Virus record (IMG/VR): IMGVR_UViG_3300036975_000136
Coordinates: 1 to 27,724 of that record
From: a virus
Lineage: Duplodnaviria > Caudoviricetes
DNA: 27,724 nt
Direction: 5' to 3' (one strand)
Part shown: one piece after another, positions 6,259 to 15,296 of the stretch
Layout: each line of letters opens with the position of its first letter
Position numbering within the stretch: position 1 is the first letter of the stretch
Notes under the pieces: generated by a model
The model's database searches: none
Seen by the model: only the letters and a program-made list of their open reading frames with translations
Told to the model about the DNA's origin: nothing
Program-made: the position numbers and the translations under genes

Positions 6259-8094
6259 ATGGCAACGACGAAGAAACCAGCGACGAAATCAACGACGAAG
6301 AATGCGAAGAAACAACCTGTAAAGCCAGCAACGATACAGGCGAAGTTAATAACGAAGACGGAAGAACATGTTCCTAACGATTTAAACACAACGCTTACTT
6401 CGTATTTTGGTATTCGCGATATTTCTAGTAAGCAAGTCAAGGAAAAAGGCAAGCAGTCTCCGTCGTCGTTGCAAATTGGTGATGAAACCATTGAATATAC
6501 TCAAGGTATTAAGTATATTCAACCTCCTGTTGATCCCAAGTTTTTTACGATGTTGCTTTTGGAGTCAAGCATTTTAAAACAATGTGTGGATGCTTTGGTA
6601 GATGGCATTTTCAACAAAGGCTATAGATTGGAGTTGAACACTTGGTTTACCGCACAGGAATCGCAAAAACCAAGGTTTAAGAAGGCCATTGAAGAAGAAA
6701 GAGAGCAAATCATCCAATTTCTTGAAAACATAGACATCGACAACGAATCGCATACCAAATTTAAAAGCAAGATAGGTCAGGACTATGAAAGCACGGGATG
6801 TTGTTATTTAGAGGTAATTAGGGAGACCAAAACCGATAAAAACGGCAATTTAAAGGTTGTAAACGGCGAATACGTTGCAGGACCTATTTATGCGTTTCAA
6901 AAGTTGGATTCCGTGAGTATGCGTATTGTTCGCGTCAGCAAAGATTTCATACCATACAACAAACTTATTTTTGACAAGAAAACAAAGAAGTGGAAAAAAG
7001 AACCAAGGCTGAAACGCTTTAAGATATTCGTTCAGATTGATGAAAACCAAAACAATTTGGATACGTACTTTTCCTATATCTACTTTAAGGAACTTGGGGA
7101 TCCAAGAAGGATTGACTCTCAAACCGGAGAAGTTGTAACCGACGAAATGTGGAACGAGTACAGCGCTGAAAAGAAACGAGGGTTCCAGCCAGCCAGGGAA
7201 TTGATTTATTACTACCAACCTTTCCCTGGCTGCATTTATGGTGTGCCTAGATTTACCGGCGCCATTCGATCCATTGTCGGATCTATATTAAAGGAAGAAA
7301 ACGATATTCAATGGTTTAACAATGGCTGCAAAGCGGATCTAGTGTTTATGTCTTCCAATCCAGTAAGCCCAGAAACCATTGATTGCACGGAGAAATACGT
7401 GCAAAAGTCTTCTACTATGGCTGATGGCAGAAGAGCATTGATTTTTATGCCGGAGCGCGATGTTAAATTACCTGGTGAAAAACAAGAAACCGTTACAATG
7501 GATGTGAAGGAGATTAACTCCGGCAAAGATGAAACCTGGGGTAAATACGATGAACGCAATACCCAAAAGGTAAAGGCATCGTGCAGACTCGGTGATATCC
7601 ATGTAGGTTTGAACAAGGATTACAACCGCGCTACTTCAGAAGTAGCAATGGAGATAACCGAAGACAACGTGTTCAAGCCTTCAAGAAGAGATTTTGATCA
7701 CATCATGAACCAATTGGTGTTTCCACAGCTTGGGTTTATCTATCATAGATACGAATCCAATCCATCTACTAAGGAAAGTATCACTAGCCTTGCCGATGCT
7801 ATGTATAAGGTAGCTCCGTTTGGTATGACGTTTCGTGAAGCAAGAAAGGTTATTGCAAAGATCTTTGAATTGGATATGGATCGCTATGAAGCAGAACTTG
7901 GGCCTGATGATTCGTATTGGCTGGATTACGTTATTGCTATGGGCAAGGAACAACTCATGTACGGGTTTAGACCAGACAAAGAAGAGCCAGGGGAAAAACC
8001 GCAGGAAGAACCTACTGAGGAACCCACTGAAGAACCTGAAGAAGAACCAAGTGATGACGGGGAGAATGATCAAGGCGGAAATTCTGGAGAATAA
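6259..8094 (+). CDS. Portal protein (PBSX/XkdE-like)
   Basis: Follows terL. Portal motifs DYESTGCCYLEVIR, YGVPRF, WFNNG, YNRATS. Acidic PxEE-repeat tail. Confidence 0.92.
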   Translation: MATTKKPATKSTTKNAKKQPVKPATIQAKLITKTEEHVPNDLNTTLTSYFGIRDISSKQVKEKGKQSPSSLQIGDETIEYTQGIKYIQPPVDPKFFTMLLLESSILKQCVDALVDGIFNKGYRLELNTWFTAQESQKPRFKKAIEEEREQIIQFLENIDIDNESHTKFKSKIGQDYESTGCCYLEVIRETKTDKNGNLKVVNGEYVAGPIYAFQKLDSVSMRIVRVSKDFIPYNKLIFDKKTKKWKKEPRLKRFKIFVQIDENQNNLDTYFSYIYFKELGDPRRIDSQTGEVVTDEMWNEYSAEKKRGFQPARELIYYYQPFPGCIYGVPRFTGAIRSIVGSILKEENDIQWFNNGCKADLVFMSSNPVSPETIDCTEKYVQKSSTMADGRRALIFMPERDVKLPGEKQETVTMDVKEINSGKDETWGKYDERNTQKVKASCRLGDIHVGLNKDYNRATSEVAMEITEDNVFKPSRRDFDHIMNQLVFPQLGFIYHRYESNPSTKESITSLADAMYKVAPFGMTFREARKVIAKIFELDMDRYEAELGPDDSYWLDYVIAMGKEQLMYGFRPDKEEPGEKPQEEPTEEPTEEPEEEPSDDGENDQGGNSGE

Positions 8095-8099
8095 AGGTT

Positions 8100-8444
8100 A
8101 TGCACCCAACTACTTTTTTTAAGCACATAACAAAGCGAGTTACCAATTTTGGAATTAACACATATCGGTTTAACGATCCAAGTGGTCCTGAAGCGGTGCA
8201 GGTATTGAGTTCAAAAGATGGTACGACTATGTTGGATGTCAATCAATCTTTCAACAGAATAGTTTTAACCAATACCTCGGATACCGTTGACTGTTTCATT
8301 TCTTTTGATAAAACTCAGCCAACTGCTTTGCAGCATGTGATTATGCTTCCGAAGTTGACTACTATTATGTTTGAAACAACTTTAACTACTTTGCATTTGT
8401 ATACCGTAGGAAATATAGTTATCTACTTTTCTGTGTTTGCATAA
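8100..8444 (+). CDS. Small beta-rich protein, paralogue 1 of 3
   Basis: Shares FNDxxxxxAxQxLxxxDGTxxLDVxQSFN with the next two ORFs. Confidence 0.85.
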   Translation: MHPTTFFKHITKRVTNFGINTYRFNDPSGPEAVQVLSSKDGTTMLDVNQSFNRIVLTNTSDTVDCFISFDKTQPTALQHVIMLPKLTTIMFETTLTTLHLYTVGNIVIYFSVFA

Positions 8445-8457
8445 AACGGAGGTCGTT

Positions 8458-8820
8458 ATGTCCGCAGATACTTTTTACAAAAACGTTACCAAGCGATTGA
8501 ATTTTGTTGGAGCAGGCGAGGAGATTCTTGTTTTTAACGATCTTGATGATCCTAATGCTGAGCAGGTGTTAAGTTCAAAAGACGGTACAACCATGCTTGA
8601 TGTTTGCCAATCGTTTAATCGAATTGTGGTGATAAACACTTCTGCTTCGGAAAATTGTTATTTCTCTTTATATAAGAACATCGTTGCATCCGATACTGCA
8701 ACCGATCAAGTAATGTGTGTGTTGCCATCGCAAACGCTTGAAGTAAAATTGCCGTTTACTGCTGTAAGAGTGTATCTTGGTGCAGCTGGTGTTGTTTACG
8801 TTTCCGCTTTTTCTCAATGA
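8458..8820 (+). CDS. Small beta-rich protein, paralogue 2 of 3
   Basis: GGAGGT RBS before ATG 8458, which is a better start than the TTG at 8437. Carries the shared motif. Confidence 0.85.
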   Translation: MSADTFYKNVTKRLNFVGAGEEILVFNDLDDPNAEQVLSSKDGTTMLDVCQSFNRIVVINTSASENCYFSLYKNIVASDTATDQVMCVLPSQTLEVKLPFTAVRVYLGAAGVVYVSAFSQ

Positions 8821-8829
8821 GGTTTTTAT

Positions 8830-9213
8830 ATGGCTTCAGAAAGAACATTTTTTGATCACATATCTTTGAATGCTTTTTTTACTGGGACTGGCGAGCAGAT
8901 ATTTGTGTTTAACGACCCAAGCGATTCCAATGCATTTCAAAAACTGGACCCAAGAGATGGTACCAGCCTTTTAGATGTCAATCAATCATTTAATTGCTTA
9001 AGGATTATGAACACTCATCCAAGCAATGCTTTTTATGTTTCTTGGTCAAAGGAAATTGCTGCATCCAATACAGCTTCGGATCAGGTTTTGCCTATTTTGC
9101 CAAAAACAGTGTTAACTCTTGAAATACCATTTGTTGCATTGCGGATTTTCTCTGTTGCATCGGGACCTATTTATTTTTCTGCTTTTTTAAGACCCCTTCC
9201 TTATCTCATTTAA
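8830..9213 (+). CDS. Small beta-rich protein, paralogue 3 of 3
   Basis: GAGG RBS. Carries the shared motif; IAASNTASDQV matches IVASDTATDQV of paralogue 2. Confidence 0.85.
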   Translation: MASERTFFDHISLNAFFTGTGEQIFVFNDPSDSNAFQKLDPRDGTSLLDVNQSFNCLRIMNTHPSNAFYVSWSKEIAASNTASDQVLPILPKTVLTLEIPFVALRIFSVASGPIYFSAFLRPLPYLI

Positions 9214-9245
9214 GAACAATAATTTTTAAAAAAATTAAAAAAAAG

Positions 9246-9284
9246 TGACTAGTCATTGTCGCTTTGTGTTTTTTCAATTATAAT
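9246..9284 (+). promoter_or_regulatory. Sigma70-type promoter with adjacent palindromic site
   Basis: TTGTCG (9256-9261)-17 bp-TATAAT (9279-9284). The perfect palindrome TGACTAGTCA (9246-9255) abuts the -35, with A/T tracts upstream. Confidence 0.65.
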
Positions 9285-9331
9285 GGAAGTAGAGAGGTTT
9301 TCTGGCAACAGAAATTCTTCGGGAGGGCATT

Positions 9332-10066
9332 ATGCCATACGGGGGTCTAATACCACTTAAAACAGACGCGACTACGCCACTTATCGCGGATGTTTGTGAA
9401 ACCGACTTTCAATCCATTAAAATCATACATGTTCCAACCAATGTTTCCGCTGATGTTGAAAAGGAAATGTACAAAAACAACATTTTGTCGGCTCTAAACA
9501 TAGAATCGACGTTTTTTGATGTTGGATCCACGGAATATCCAATTTTTGTTCATGACTATTCGGGCGGTACGTTTTCTACTCAGTTTTTCAAACTAAACAC
9601 GATTGAAAAGATTAATGCATTCTTGCGTCTCTTTCATTTGTTTGCTAAGAGAGATATTGCTGATACCAAACTGATGAAATCGTATTACGATATGCGCGAA
9701 GCATTTACAGATAAATTGACTATCGTTGCTTCTGGAACCAAGTACGACAATGACGTCACTACGTTTTGGATGAATTTTGATCTCATTGGCGGATATTCAA
9801 ACGATGTGTCCATTTACAAACAGATTTTGTTAGACAACGTCAATATGCTTACTGGTATTGATTTGAATACCAGTGATTACTTGAGTTGGATCACATATGA
9901 ATTGTATCCAGCTGTTACTCCAACCATGTTCAGAGTAACATTCATAATTGACACCGTAGCAAAGTTAGCGATCGCGAATCAGGTTGCTCAGGTTATGAAC
10001 AGCGGGTATTGTTGCAGCATTTATGAGCTGCTATATGATGTATGTGGTGATATTTTGGCTTATTAA
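9332..10066 (+). CDS. Hypothetical protein, 244 aa
   Basis: GGGAGG RBS and a long ORF; no motif recognised. Confidence 0.8.
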   Translation: MPYGGLIPLKTDATTPLIADVCETDFQSIKIIHVPTNVSADVEKEMYKNNILSALNIESTFFDVGSTEYPIFVHDYSGGTFSTQFFKLNTIEKINAFLRLFHLFAKRDIADTKLMKSYYDMREAFTDKLTIVASGTKYDNDVTTFWMNFDLIGGYSNDVSIYKQILLDNVNMLTGIDLNTSDYLSWITYELYPAVTPTMFRVTFIIDTVAKLAIANQVAQVMNSGYCCSIYELLYDVCGDILAY

Positions 10067-10079
10067 TTAGGAGTTTGTC

Positions 10080-10394
10080 ATGGCTGAAGCTACTTCAGAA
10101 CAATTAAGCTTAGCAAATGAGAAGGTAGAAGCCGCGCAGAGTAAACAAAAAAATGTTGAAGAATTAACTAGCTGGCGAGCAGATTTGATTGGTGGTGTAG
10201 CGGCAATAGAACTTAAGTTGCGTAAAACAATCAATACGTTCGATTACATTCTTTGGATGAGAGAGGCAGATTACGGTATAAAAGCTGCTTTAACCATTGC
10301 AGTTAGGGATCTTATTGATGACAGAATTGTTACTTTGGAAGCTGAGATTCAAGTTTTGAAAGATGAAGCAGAAGCAATATTGAATCAATCTTAG
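10080..10394 (+). CDS. Hypothetical coiled-coil protein, 104 aa
   Basis: AGGAG RBS; heptad-like segments such as IVTLEAEIQVLKDEAEAIL. Confidence 0.8.
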   Translation: MAEATSEQLSLANEKVEAAQSKQKNVEELTSWRADLIGGVAAIELKLRKTINTFDYILWMREADYGIKAALTIAVRDLIDDRIVTLEAEIQVLKDEAEAILNQS

Positions 10395-10403
10395 GGACTG
10401 ACT

Positions 10404-12029
10404 ATGGATGATATTGAAAAGGCATTGACCCATAATTCAAAAGTAACTGACAGTGAACCTTCATGGAGTAGTGTGGATAAGAGAAAATTGCCCATGAGGG
10501 CTTTTGCTTATGAACAAGCAGATCCAGATATGCCATCTAGCTGGAGTTATCCTCATCACTACGTAGTTGGCGGGGCCGTTGATGAAGAAACTGGTCGCTA
10601 TAAGTCTGGTGATATGTACCTCCATAAAGGTGGGTTGAATGCTGCTTGGGCTGCTGCTAATGGATCTAGATCTGGAAAGAAAGCACCGCAGTGGATTATT
10701 GATCATTTACAAAAACATAGAAAGGCGCTTGGTTTGGAAGAAGACGAAAAATCGGTTCATAATGAAATTGAAGCAAAAGGTTTTGGTGGTTCAAAACTTG
10801 TTGTAAAAGAAGCATCCGAAGATGAGGATCAAAGACGGGTATGTGCGATTGTTTATTACTCAGACAGGCCTGATCTTTATGCTGATTACATGGAGCCAGA
10901 TGAACTTGTTAAAGCCAAAGAACGGTTTGATACCGCTGTTGAAAAAGGCACGGCTGGTATTGATTATCGCCATGACTTTATTTTTGGAGCAGGTAAGGTA
11001 ATCCGTAGTTGGATTGTTAAAGACAGCGATGAGATATTTAAAGCTCCAGAAGATGTTGGTGCTTGGGCCATTGAAATCGAGGTTGACAGTCAGCATGAGT
11101 TTTTATGGGAAGCCATAAAAAATGAAGAGATAAATGCGGTTTCAATGGCTGGGTCCGTTACAATAGGAAAAATGAAGTCGTTTGTTATAGACGAAGCGGA
11201 CAAAGACAGGTATCGCAATTCGTATTTGGATGAGGAAACCGGCAGCTGGAAGGTGATGGCAATTGAGATAAAGAACGTTAGGGTTGTTGCTGTTTCTCTA
11301 TGCCAATGGGGTGCTAATGGTGCTCCAAGGTTTCCATCCGTAAAACAAAGCAACGGCGAATTCGCTGATGAAGGCGATTGGCATGCTATAAAAATTAAGG
11401 CTTTGGAAAAGTATGATGATCAAGTCAGTGATGATACTTTGCCAGGTAAAAGTCTTATTCAAAGAGTACAAGACGTTTTTAAACGTGACAAAGGAGAGCC
11501 TGACATGAAAGAACAAGAAGTCAGAACTTTGGTTGAAGAATCTATTGGTGGGTTGCGGGATGAAATCCCAGCTATGATTGAAAAATCGGTTGGAGGATCT
11601 ATTGAAAAAGCTCTTGGTGATTTCTTTGCAAAAAGAGAGCCGGTTGCTAAGGAAGAACCAGAAAAGGATCCTGAACAGGATCAAAAAGCGGTATTGGATG
11701 TAATCGAAACCGTTAAATCTTTACAATCTGATCTTGTCGACAAAGTCGATGAGGTTTTGGCTTTGAAAGAGGAAGTGGTTTCGTTGAAGAAGGAATTGGC
11801 GATTATCCAAGAGGAATCCACAAAGGCCAATGAGGTTTTTGAATCTATGCTAAAACAGGAAGAGGATCCCGAACCAGAAGAGTTTGATGTACGCAGTACC
11901 CTACAAGAAGTGCAAAAAACACTTTCTAGGTTAACAAGTCCTCCAATTGGTGGTAATCGTGGTGTAGATGTGGCGATTCCTGTTTCTAAAAAGAGATCTG
12001 ACACGGAAGTGTTTGCCAACTTGTTTTAA
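10404..12029 (+). CDS. Prohead protease (XkdF-like) fused to an N-terminal extra domain and C-terminal scaffold
   Basis: XkdF-like motifs IVYYSDRPDLYADYM, IDYRH, VIRSWI, LWEAIKNEEINAVSMAG, VSL..GAN. Acidic coiled-coil C-terminus. Lies just upstream of the MCP. Confidence 0.88.
   Translation: MDDIEKALTHNSKVTDSEPSWSSVDKRKLPMRAFAYEQADPDMPSSWSYPHHYVVGGAVDEETGRYKSGDMYLHKGGLNAAWAAANGSRSGKKAPQWIIDHLQKHRKALGLEEDEKSVHNEIEAKGFGGSKLVVKEASEDEDQRRVCAIVYYSDRPDLYADYMEPDELVKAKERFDTAVEKGTAGIDYRHDFIFGAGKVIRSWIVKDSDEIFKAPEDVGAWAIEIEVDSQHEFLWEAIKNEEINAVSMAGSVTIGKMKSFVIDEADKDRYRNSYLDEETGSWKVMAIEIKNVRVVAVSLCQWGANGAPRFPSVKQSNGEFADEGDWHAIKIKALEKYDDQVSDDTLPGKSLIQRVQDVFKRDKGEPDMKEQEVRTLVEESIGGLRDEIPAMIEKSVGGSIEKALGDFFAKREPVAKEEPEKDPEQDQKAVLDVIETVKSLQSDLVDKVDEVLALKEEVVSLKKELAIIQEESTKANEVFESMLKQEEDPEPEEFDVRSTLQEVQKTLSRLTSPPIGGNRGVDVAIPVSKKRSDTEVFANLF
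11505..12029 (+). CDS. Probable nested in-frame scaffolding protein, 174 aa
   Basis: Internal AAGGAG (11491-11496) before an in-frame ATG (KGEPD-M) at the start of the coiled-coil region. Confidence 0.55.
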   Translation: MKEQEVRTLVEESIGGLRDEIPAMIEKSVGGSIEKALGDFFAKREPVAKEEPEKDPEQDQKAVLDVIETVKSLQSDLVDKVDEVLALKEEVVSLKKELAIIQEESTKANEVFESMLKQEEDPEPEEFDVRSTLQEVQKTLSRLTSPPIGGNRGVDVAIPVSKKRSDTEVFANLF

Positions 12030-12059
12030 GTTGTTGCAATATAAAAATGGAGGATAACT

Positions 12060-13388
12060 ATGTTGAGAGCTAGTAATATCAAGGTTTTGATGGACATGTT
12101 GAACCGCAGAGAAAAGGCGGTAATTGACGAAAATTCGCTTAGTGGTGGCGGGTTAATGGATGATGCTCAATTGGACCGTTTTATTGAGCTCATTCAAGAA
12201 AGCACCGACATCATGAAAAATGTGCGAATAGAAAGGGTTACGGCGCCTGGTCAAAAGTTCAATGGCTTGCTTGTTTCTGGTCGGCAGGCTAGAAATCCAG
12301 GGATTGCTAATGCCTATGGTTCTGGGCATTATACAACTGAAGATCAAAGCCAGTTTTTACGCGGTTTGTCTTCTTATGAATTTATCCTTAACACTGAAAT
12401 GCTTTCGCTGCCTTATGCTCTTGGGAAAGAAGTGTTGAGAGATAACATTGAAGGAGAGGGCTTTGAGGGGAAAGCAATGAGGGCTTTTTCCAATGTTTTC
12501 TCGAAGGACCTTGAAGATCAAGGTATCAATGGAAACATTGTGGATAGAAACGCATTGTCTCCTATTGCCACTACTGTTGACGGTGCTCACACTGATTCTG
12601 TAACGACCATTAGTGTTGCGGATGCCAGCGATTTTCCAGATATGAGCGATCCATCTTTGATTGAGTTCCCAGGTTATTTGAAAATTGTAAATGGTTCTTC
12701 TGAAGTTGAATACGTCACTTATACTGGAAAAACAGGGAATGATTTCACAGGATGTACCCGTGGTGCTACGGTTGTTGACACCAATAGTGCTGGAGATGGT
12801 GCCAGTGCTTATACTGGTGGTGAAGCAGTTACGTGGATAAGGCATCACTTAATTGGATCTACGGATGGTTGGTTGTACAAAATTCAGAATGCTTCTGCAA
12901 CGGAACCTGCTGCGAATTTGGTTGATGCCAGTCTCATTAATTCTGGTGTCATTGATATGAACCACTTTTATGCTGGTTTGGATGCGATGCCAAATAAGTA
13001 TATGGCCAATTTTGACGAAAGAAACTTACGTTGGATCATGAACACCAGCACGTATACTAAGCTGAAACAAGCAATTGCTGTGACGCTTGGTGGTAGTGGG
13101 AATCTTGTTGACAACATCTATACCACTAATGAATTTGCACCTCTTGGCATTCCTGTTCTTACTGGTACTATGTTCCCCTCTGATATGATGCTGTTAACGG
13201 ATCCAATGAATTTGTTAGTTGGGATTTGGAAAGAAGTAACCTTTGAATGGACTGCTGTTGGCAAATCTTCTTTGATGGAAGCCAAAAGATTCTATAGAAT
13301 AGACATTCGTGCTGGGTTTGAAGTAGAACGCAAGGATTTTTGCGTGTTGCTCACCGATTTCGATGTCAGTTCTTGGGTTACAGTTTAA
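12060..13388 (+). CDS. Major capsid protein (HK97 fold, XkdG-like) with insertion domain
   Basis: GGAGG RBS. Motifs GGLMDDAQLDRFI, LRDNIEG, DLEDQGING...DGWL, LLTDPMNL. Confidence 0.92.
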   Translation: MLRASNIKVLMDMLNRREKAVIDENSLSGGGLMDDAQLDRFIELIQESTDIMKNVRIERVTAPGQKFNGLLVSGRQARNPGIANAYGSGHYTTEDQSQFLRGLSSYEFILNTEMLSLPYALGKEVLRDNIEGEGFEGKAMRAFSNVFSKDLEDQGINGNIVDRNALSPIATTVDGAHTDSVTTISVADASDFPDMSDPSLIEFPGYLKIVNGSSEVEYVTYTGKTGNDFTGCTRGATVVDTNSAGDGASAYTGGEAVTWIRHHLIGSTDGWLYKIQNASATEPAANLVDASLINSGVIDMNHFYAGLDAMPNKYMANFDERNLRWIMNTSTYTKLKQAIAVTLGGSGNLVDNIYTTNEFAPLGIPVLTGTMFPSDMMLLTDPMNLLVGIWKEVTFEWTAVGKSSLMEAKRFYRIDIRAGFEVERKDFCVLLTDFDVSSWVTV

Positions 13389-13405
13389 TTTAATAGGAGT
13401 GTTTT

Positions 13406-13714
13406 ATGAGAGGTAAATTCGTTGTTGTTGAATTGGAAGCAAAACAACCTTTTAAAAATCCTGTGTTTTGCACCTTAAAAGGTGTGGACAATTTGAAAAC
13501 ACAAACAAGCGAGCAGGTGATAAAAAACACGTTTAGACGTGATGGCACCCAGTACATTTTTGAAGCACGGGATTTGCTGAAGTGGAAGCTTCGCAAGTAT
13601 TTTTCCAAACCCATGCCAATACCAAATGATGTATTTCAGAGGATATTTGGCAAACCAAGCGGTAAGCAATCTGGGGTTAAAGAGAAACCAGAAGAGAAAG
13701 CGGACTCAAAATAA
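13406..13714 (+). CDS. Hypothetical basic protein following the MCP
   Basis: AGGAG RBS; typical position in the head operon. Confidence 0.75.
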   Translation: MRGKFVVVELEAKQPFKNPVFCTLKGVDNLKTQTSEQVIKNTFRRDGTQYIFEARDLLKWKLRKYFSKPMPIPNDVFQRIFGKPSGKQSGVKEKPEEKADSK

Positions 13715-13748
13715 ATTCTGGGTTTGTGTCTAATACACTTGTATTGGA

Positions 13749-14372
13749 GTGAACATGGCGTATACCACTGTACAAGAAATGATAGATGAAGGGATGATAA
13801 AAGCTGGTGATTTTGATGATGAAGTCGTAGAAAAGAAGATCCAGCATGCCCAGATTCTTGTAGGCGGGTATACAGGCAGGGTTTTTGAGGCGGTTTCTTT
13901 TTCAGAGAAAAGGAATGGGGGTGATCGCAAATACAGATTTGTTAACCCATTTGTTACTGTTTCTGTTTCGTATGATTATCAAGGCATAACCAATGAGATC
14001 AGTTCTTCTGAGTACGAAGTTGTTGATAGAAGATACCCAGCCCATTCAAGCGATGAGTTTAGCATTTGCTTTTATTTAGACACCTGTTTTGGAAAAAGTA
14101 ACTTATTGTTTGAAGGAACGGTTGGGTATCTTGAAAACAACGAAACTCCAAGTTTGATACGGTATTTAACTGGTAGATTGGCTACATATATGTTGAAACC
14201 TGGGCTTGCGGAAGGAAACATGTTGCGTAGAGTACAATCCGAAAAAGCGGACATTCATACTATTACCTACAAAAGTAATGTTGATGTGATTACTGGTGAT
14301 GAAGAGCTTGATGAGATCATTAAACTGTACCGAAGACATCCTGGGCTAAATATGAGGGTTGCTCTTGCGTAG
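13749..14372 (+). CDS. Head-tail connector/adaptor (gp6/gp15-like); start may be ATG 13755
   Basis: AYTTVQE N-terminus, AQILVGGYTGRVF, C-terminal IIKLYRR; position in the operon. Confidence 0.8.
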   Translation: MNMAYTTVQEMIDEGMIKAGDFDDEVVEKKIQHAQILVGGYTGRVFEAVSFSEKRNGGDRKYRFVNPFVTVSVSYDYQGITNEISSSEYEVVDRRYPAHSSDEFSICFYLDTCFGKSNLLFEGTVGYLENNETPSLIRYLTGRLATYMLKPGLAEGNMLRRVQSEKADIHTITYKSNVDVITGDEELDEIIKLYRRHPGLNMRVALA

Positions 14373-14844
14373 AATAAAGTTGATCCACCCAGTAACGATA
14401 AGGGTTTTGAAGTTTGACACTGAAAAGTCGGTTATAAGTGAGGTTGATAACCACCAATATAAAAAGAGGGTCTATGACAATGAAAACCCCATTGACCTTC
14501 AAGCTCAAATAAATTATGGGAAACAATTTGACAGTAAGGGGGTTGAACGAATAACACAGAATCCAGCTTCATATTCCGATGGCTATTTCGTTGTTTATGC
14601 GCACGAAATAATTGGAGCAGACAATGAGTATGTTGTTAACATTGGTGATTTTGTAAGCGAGATGATTACGCACGATGGATTAAGGATCCCGATAAACGCT
14701 TACATTCAAGCAATCAAACCCGCTGCGATATACGACAAGCCATATTTCATGCAGCTGTATGTTAGCGATCGAGAGCATGAGATTCCAAAGGATGATTCTG
14801 GAGCATCTTTAAAAGTTCAGCCATTGAGGGCATCACAGTTATGA
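14359..14844 (+). CDS. Probable head closure/stopper protein
   Basis: Beta-rich (IDLQAQI, DGYFVV, IGDFV) and follows the adaptor. Confidence 0.65.
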   Translation: MLLRRIKLIHPVTIRVLKFDTEKSVISEVDNHQYKKRVYDNENPIDLQAQINYGKQFDSKGVERITQNPASYSDGYFVVYAHEIIGADNEYVVNIGDFVSEMITHDGLRIPINAYIQAIKPAAIYDKPYFMQLYVSDREHEIPKDDSGASLKVQPLRASQL

Positions 14845-15296
14845 TTGGTGTAGATATAATTGGACTTGACAAATTTAAAGCCAACATAAACTCTCTTGGG
14901 TCGGTTCTTCGTAAAGAGAGTTATATGATGGCTGTCCTTTTGTATCTAAAACATGTTTTGGAAGAAAGAATATTTTCTATGGGTGCATATTTGGTTGGTG
15001 AGCGGTTTGAACCAAATGCCCCAGCTACCATTGCCAAGAAAGGCTTTGATCACCCATTGTACGAAACAGGAGAAATGGTAAGCAGCTTGGTTGTTGAGAG
15101 TACACCAAGCAATCATTTTGTTGGCGTTTCTGGAGCTGACAATGCATACAAAGCAGAAATAAATGAATACGGCGGTATTGATGGAGGATCCGTTATCCCA
15201 CCGCGTAGGTGGTTTTCAAGCACCATTGAATCCGATGCTGTTATAGAAGGGATGATGGGCAAAATAACGATAGAGGTAAAAAGAGCGTGGCGGTAG
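14841..15296 (+). CDS. Neck/tail-completion protein (virion morphogenesis or HK97 gp10-like)
   Basis: NAPATIAKKGFDHPLYETGEM, NEYG, IPPRRWF. Confidence 0.82.
   Translation: MIGVDIIGLDKFKANINSLGSVLRKESYMMAVLLYLKHVLEERIFSMGAYLVGERFEPNAPATIAKKGFDHPLYETGEMVSSLVVESTPSNHFVGVSGADNAYKAEINEYGGIDGGSVIPPRRWFSSTIESDAVIEGMMGKITIEVKRAWR

Noticed and set aside
6168-6377. 69-aa ORF between terL and portal
   Set aside because: It has a GAGG near ATG 6174, but over half overlaps the low-complexity portal N-terminus in another frame. Unresolved, so not called.
7980-8052. GAAGAACC-type repeats at the portal 3' end
   Set aside because: They encode an ordinary acidic PxEE low-complexity tail.
4571-8094. Intein or intron in terL or portal
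   Set aside because: Both frames are continuous and of ordinary length, with no intein-like C...HN-[CST] block or homing endonuclease motif seen.
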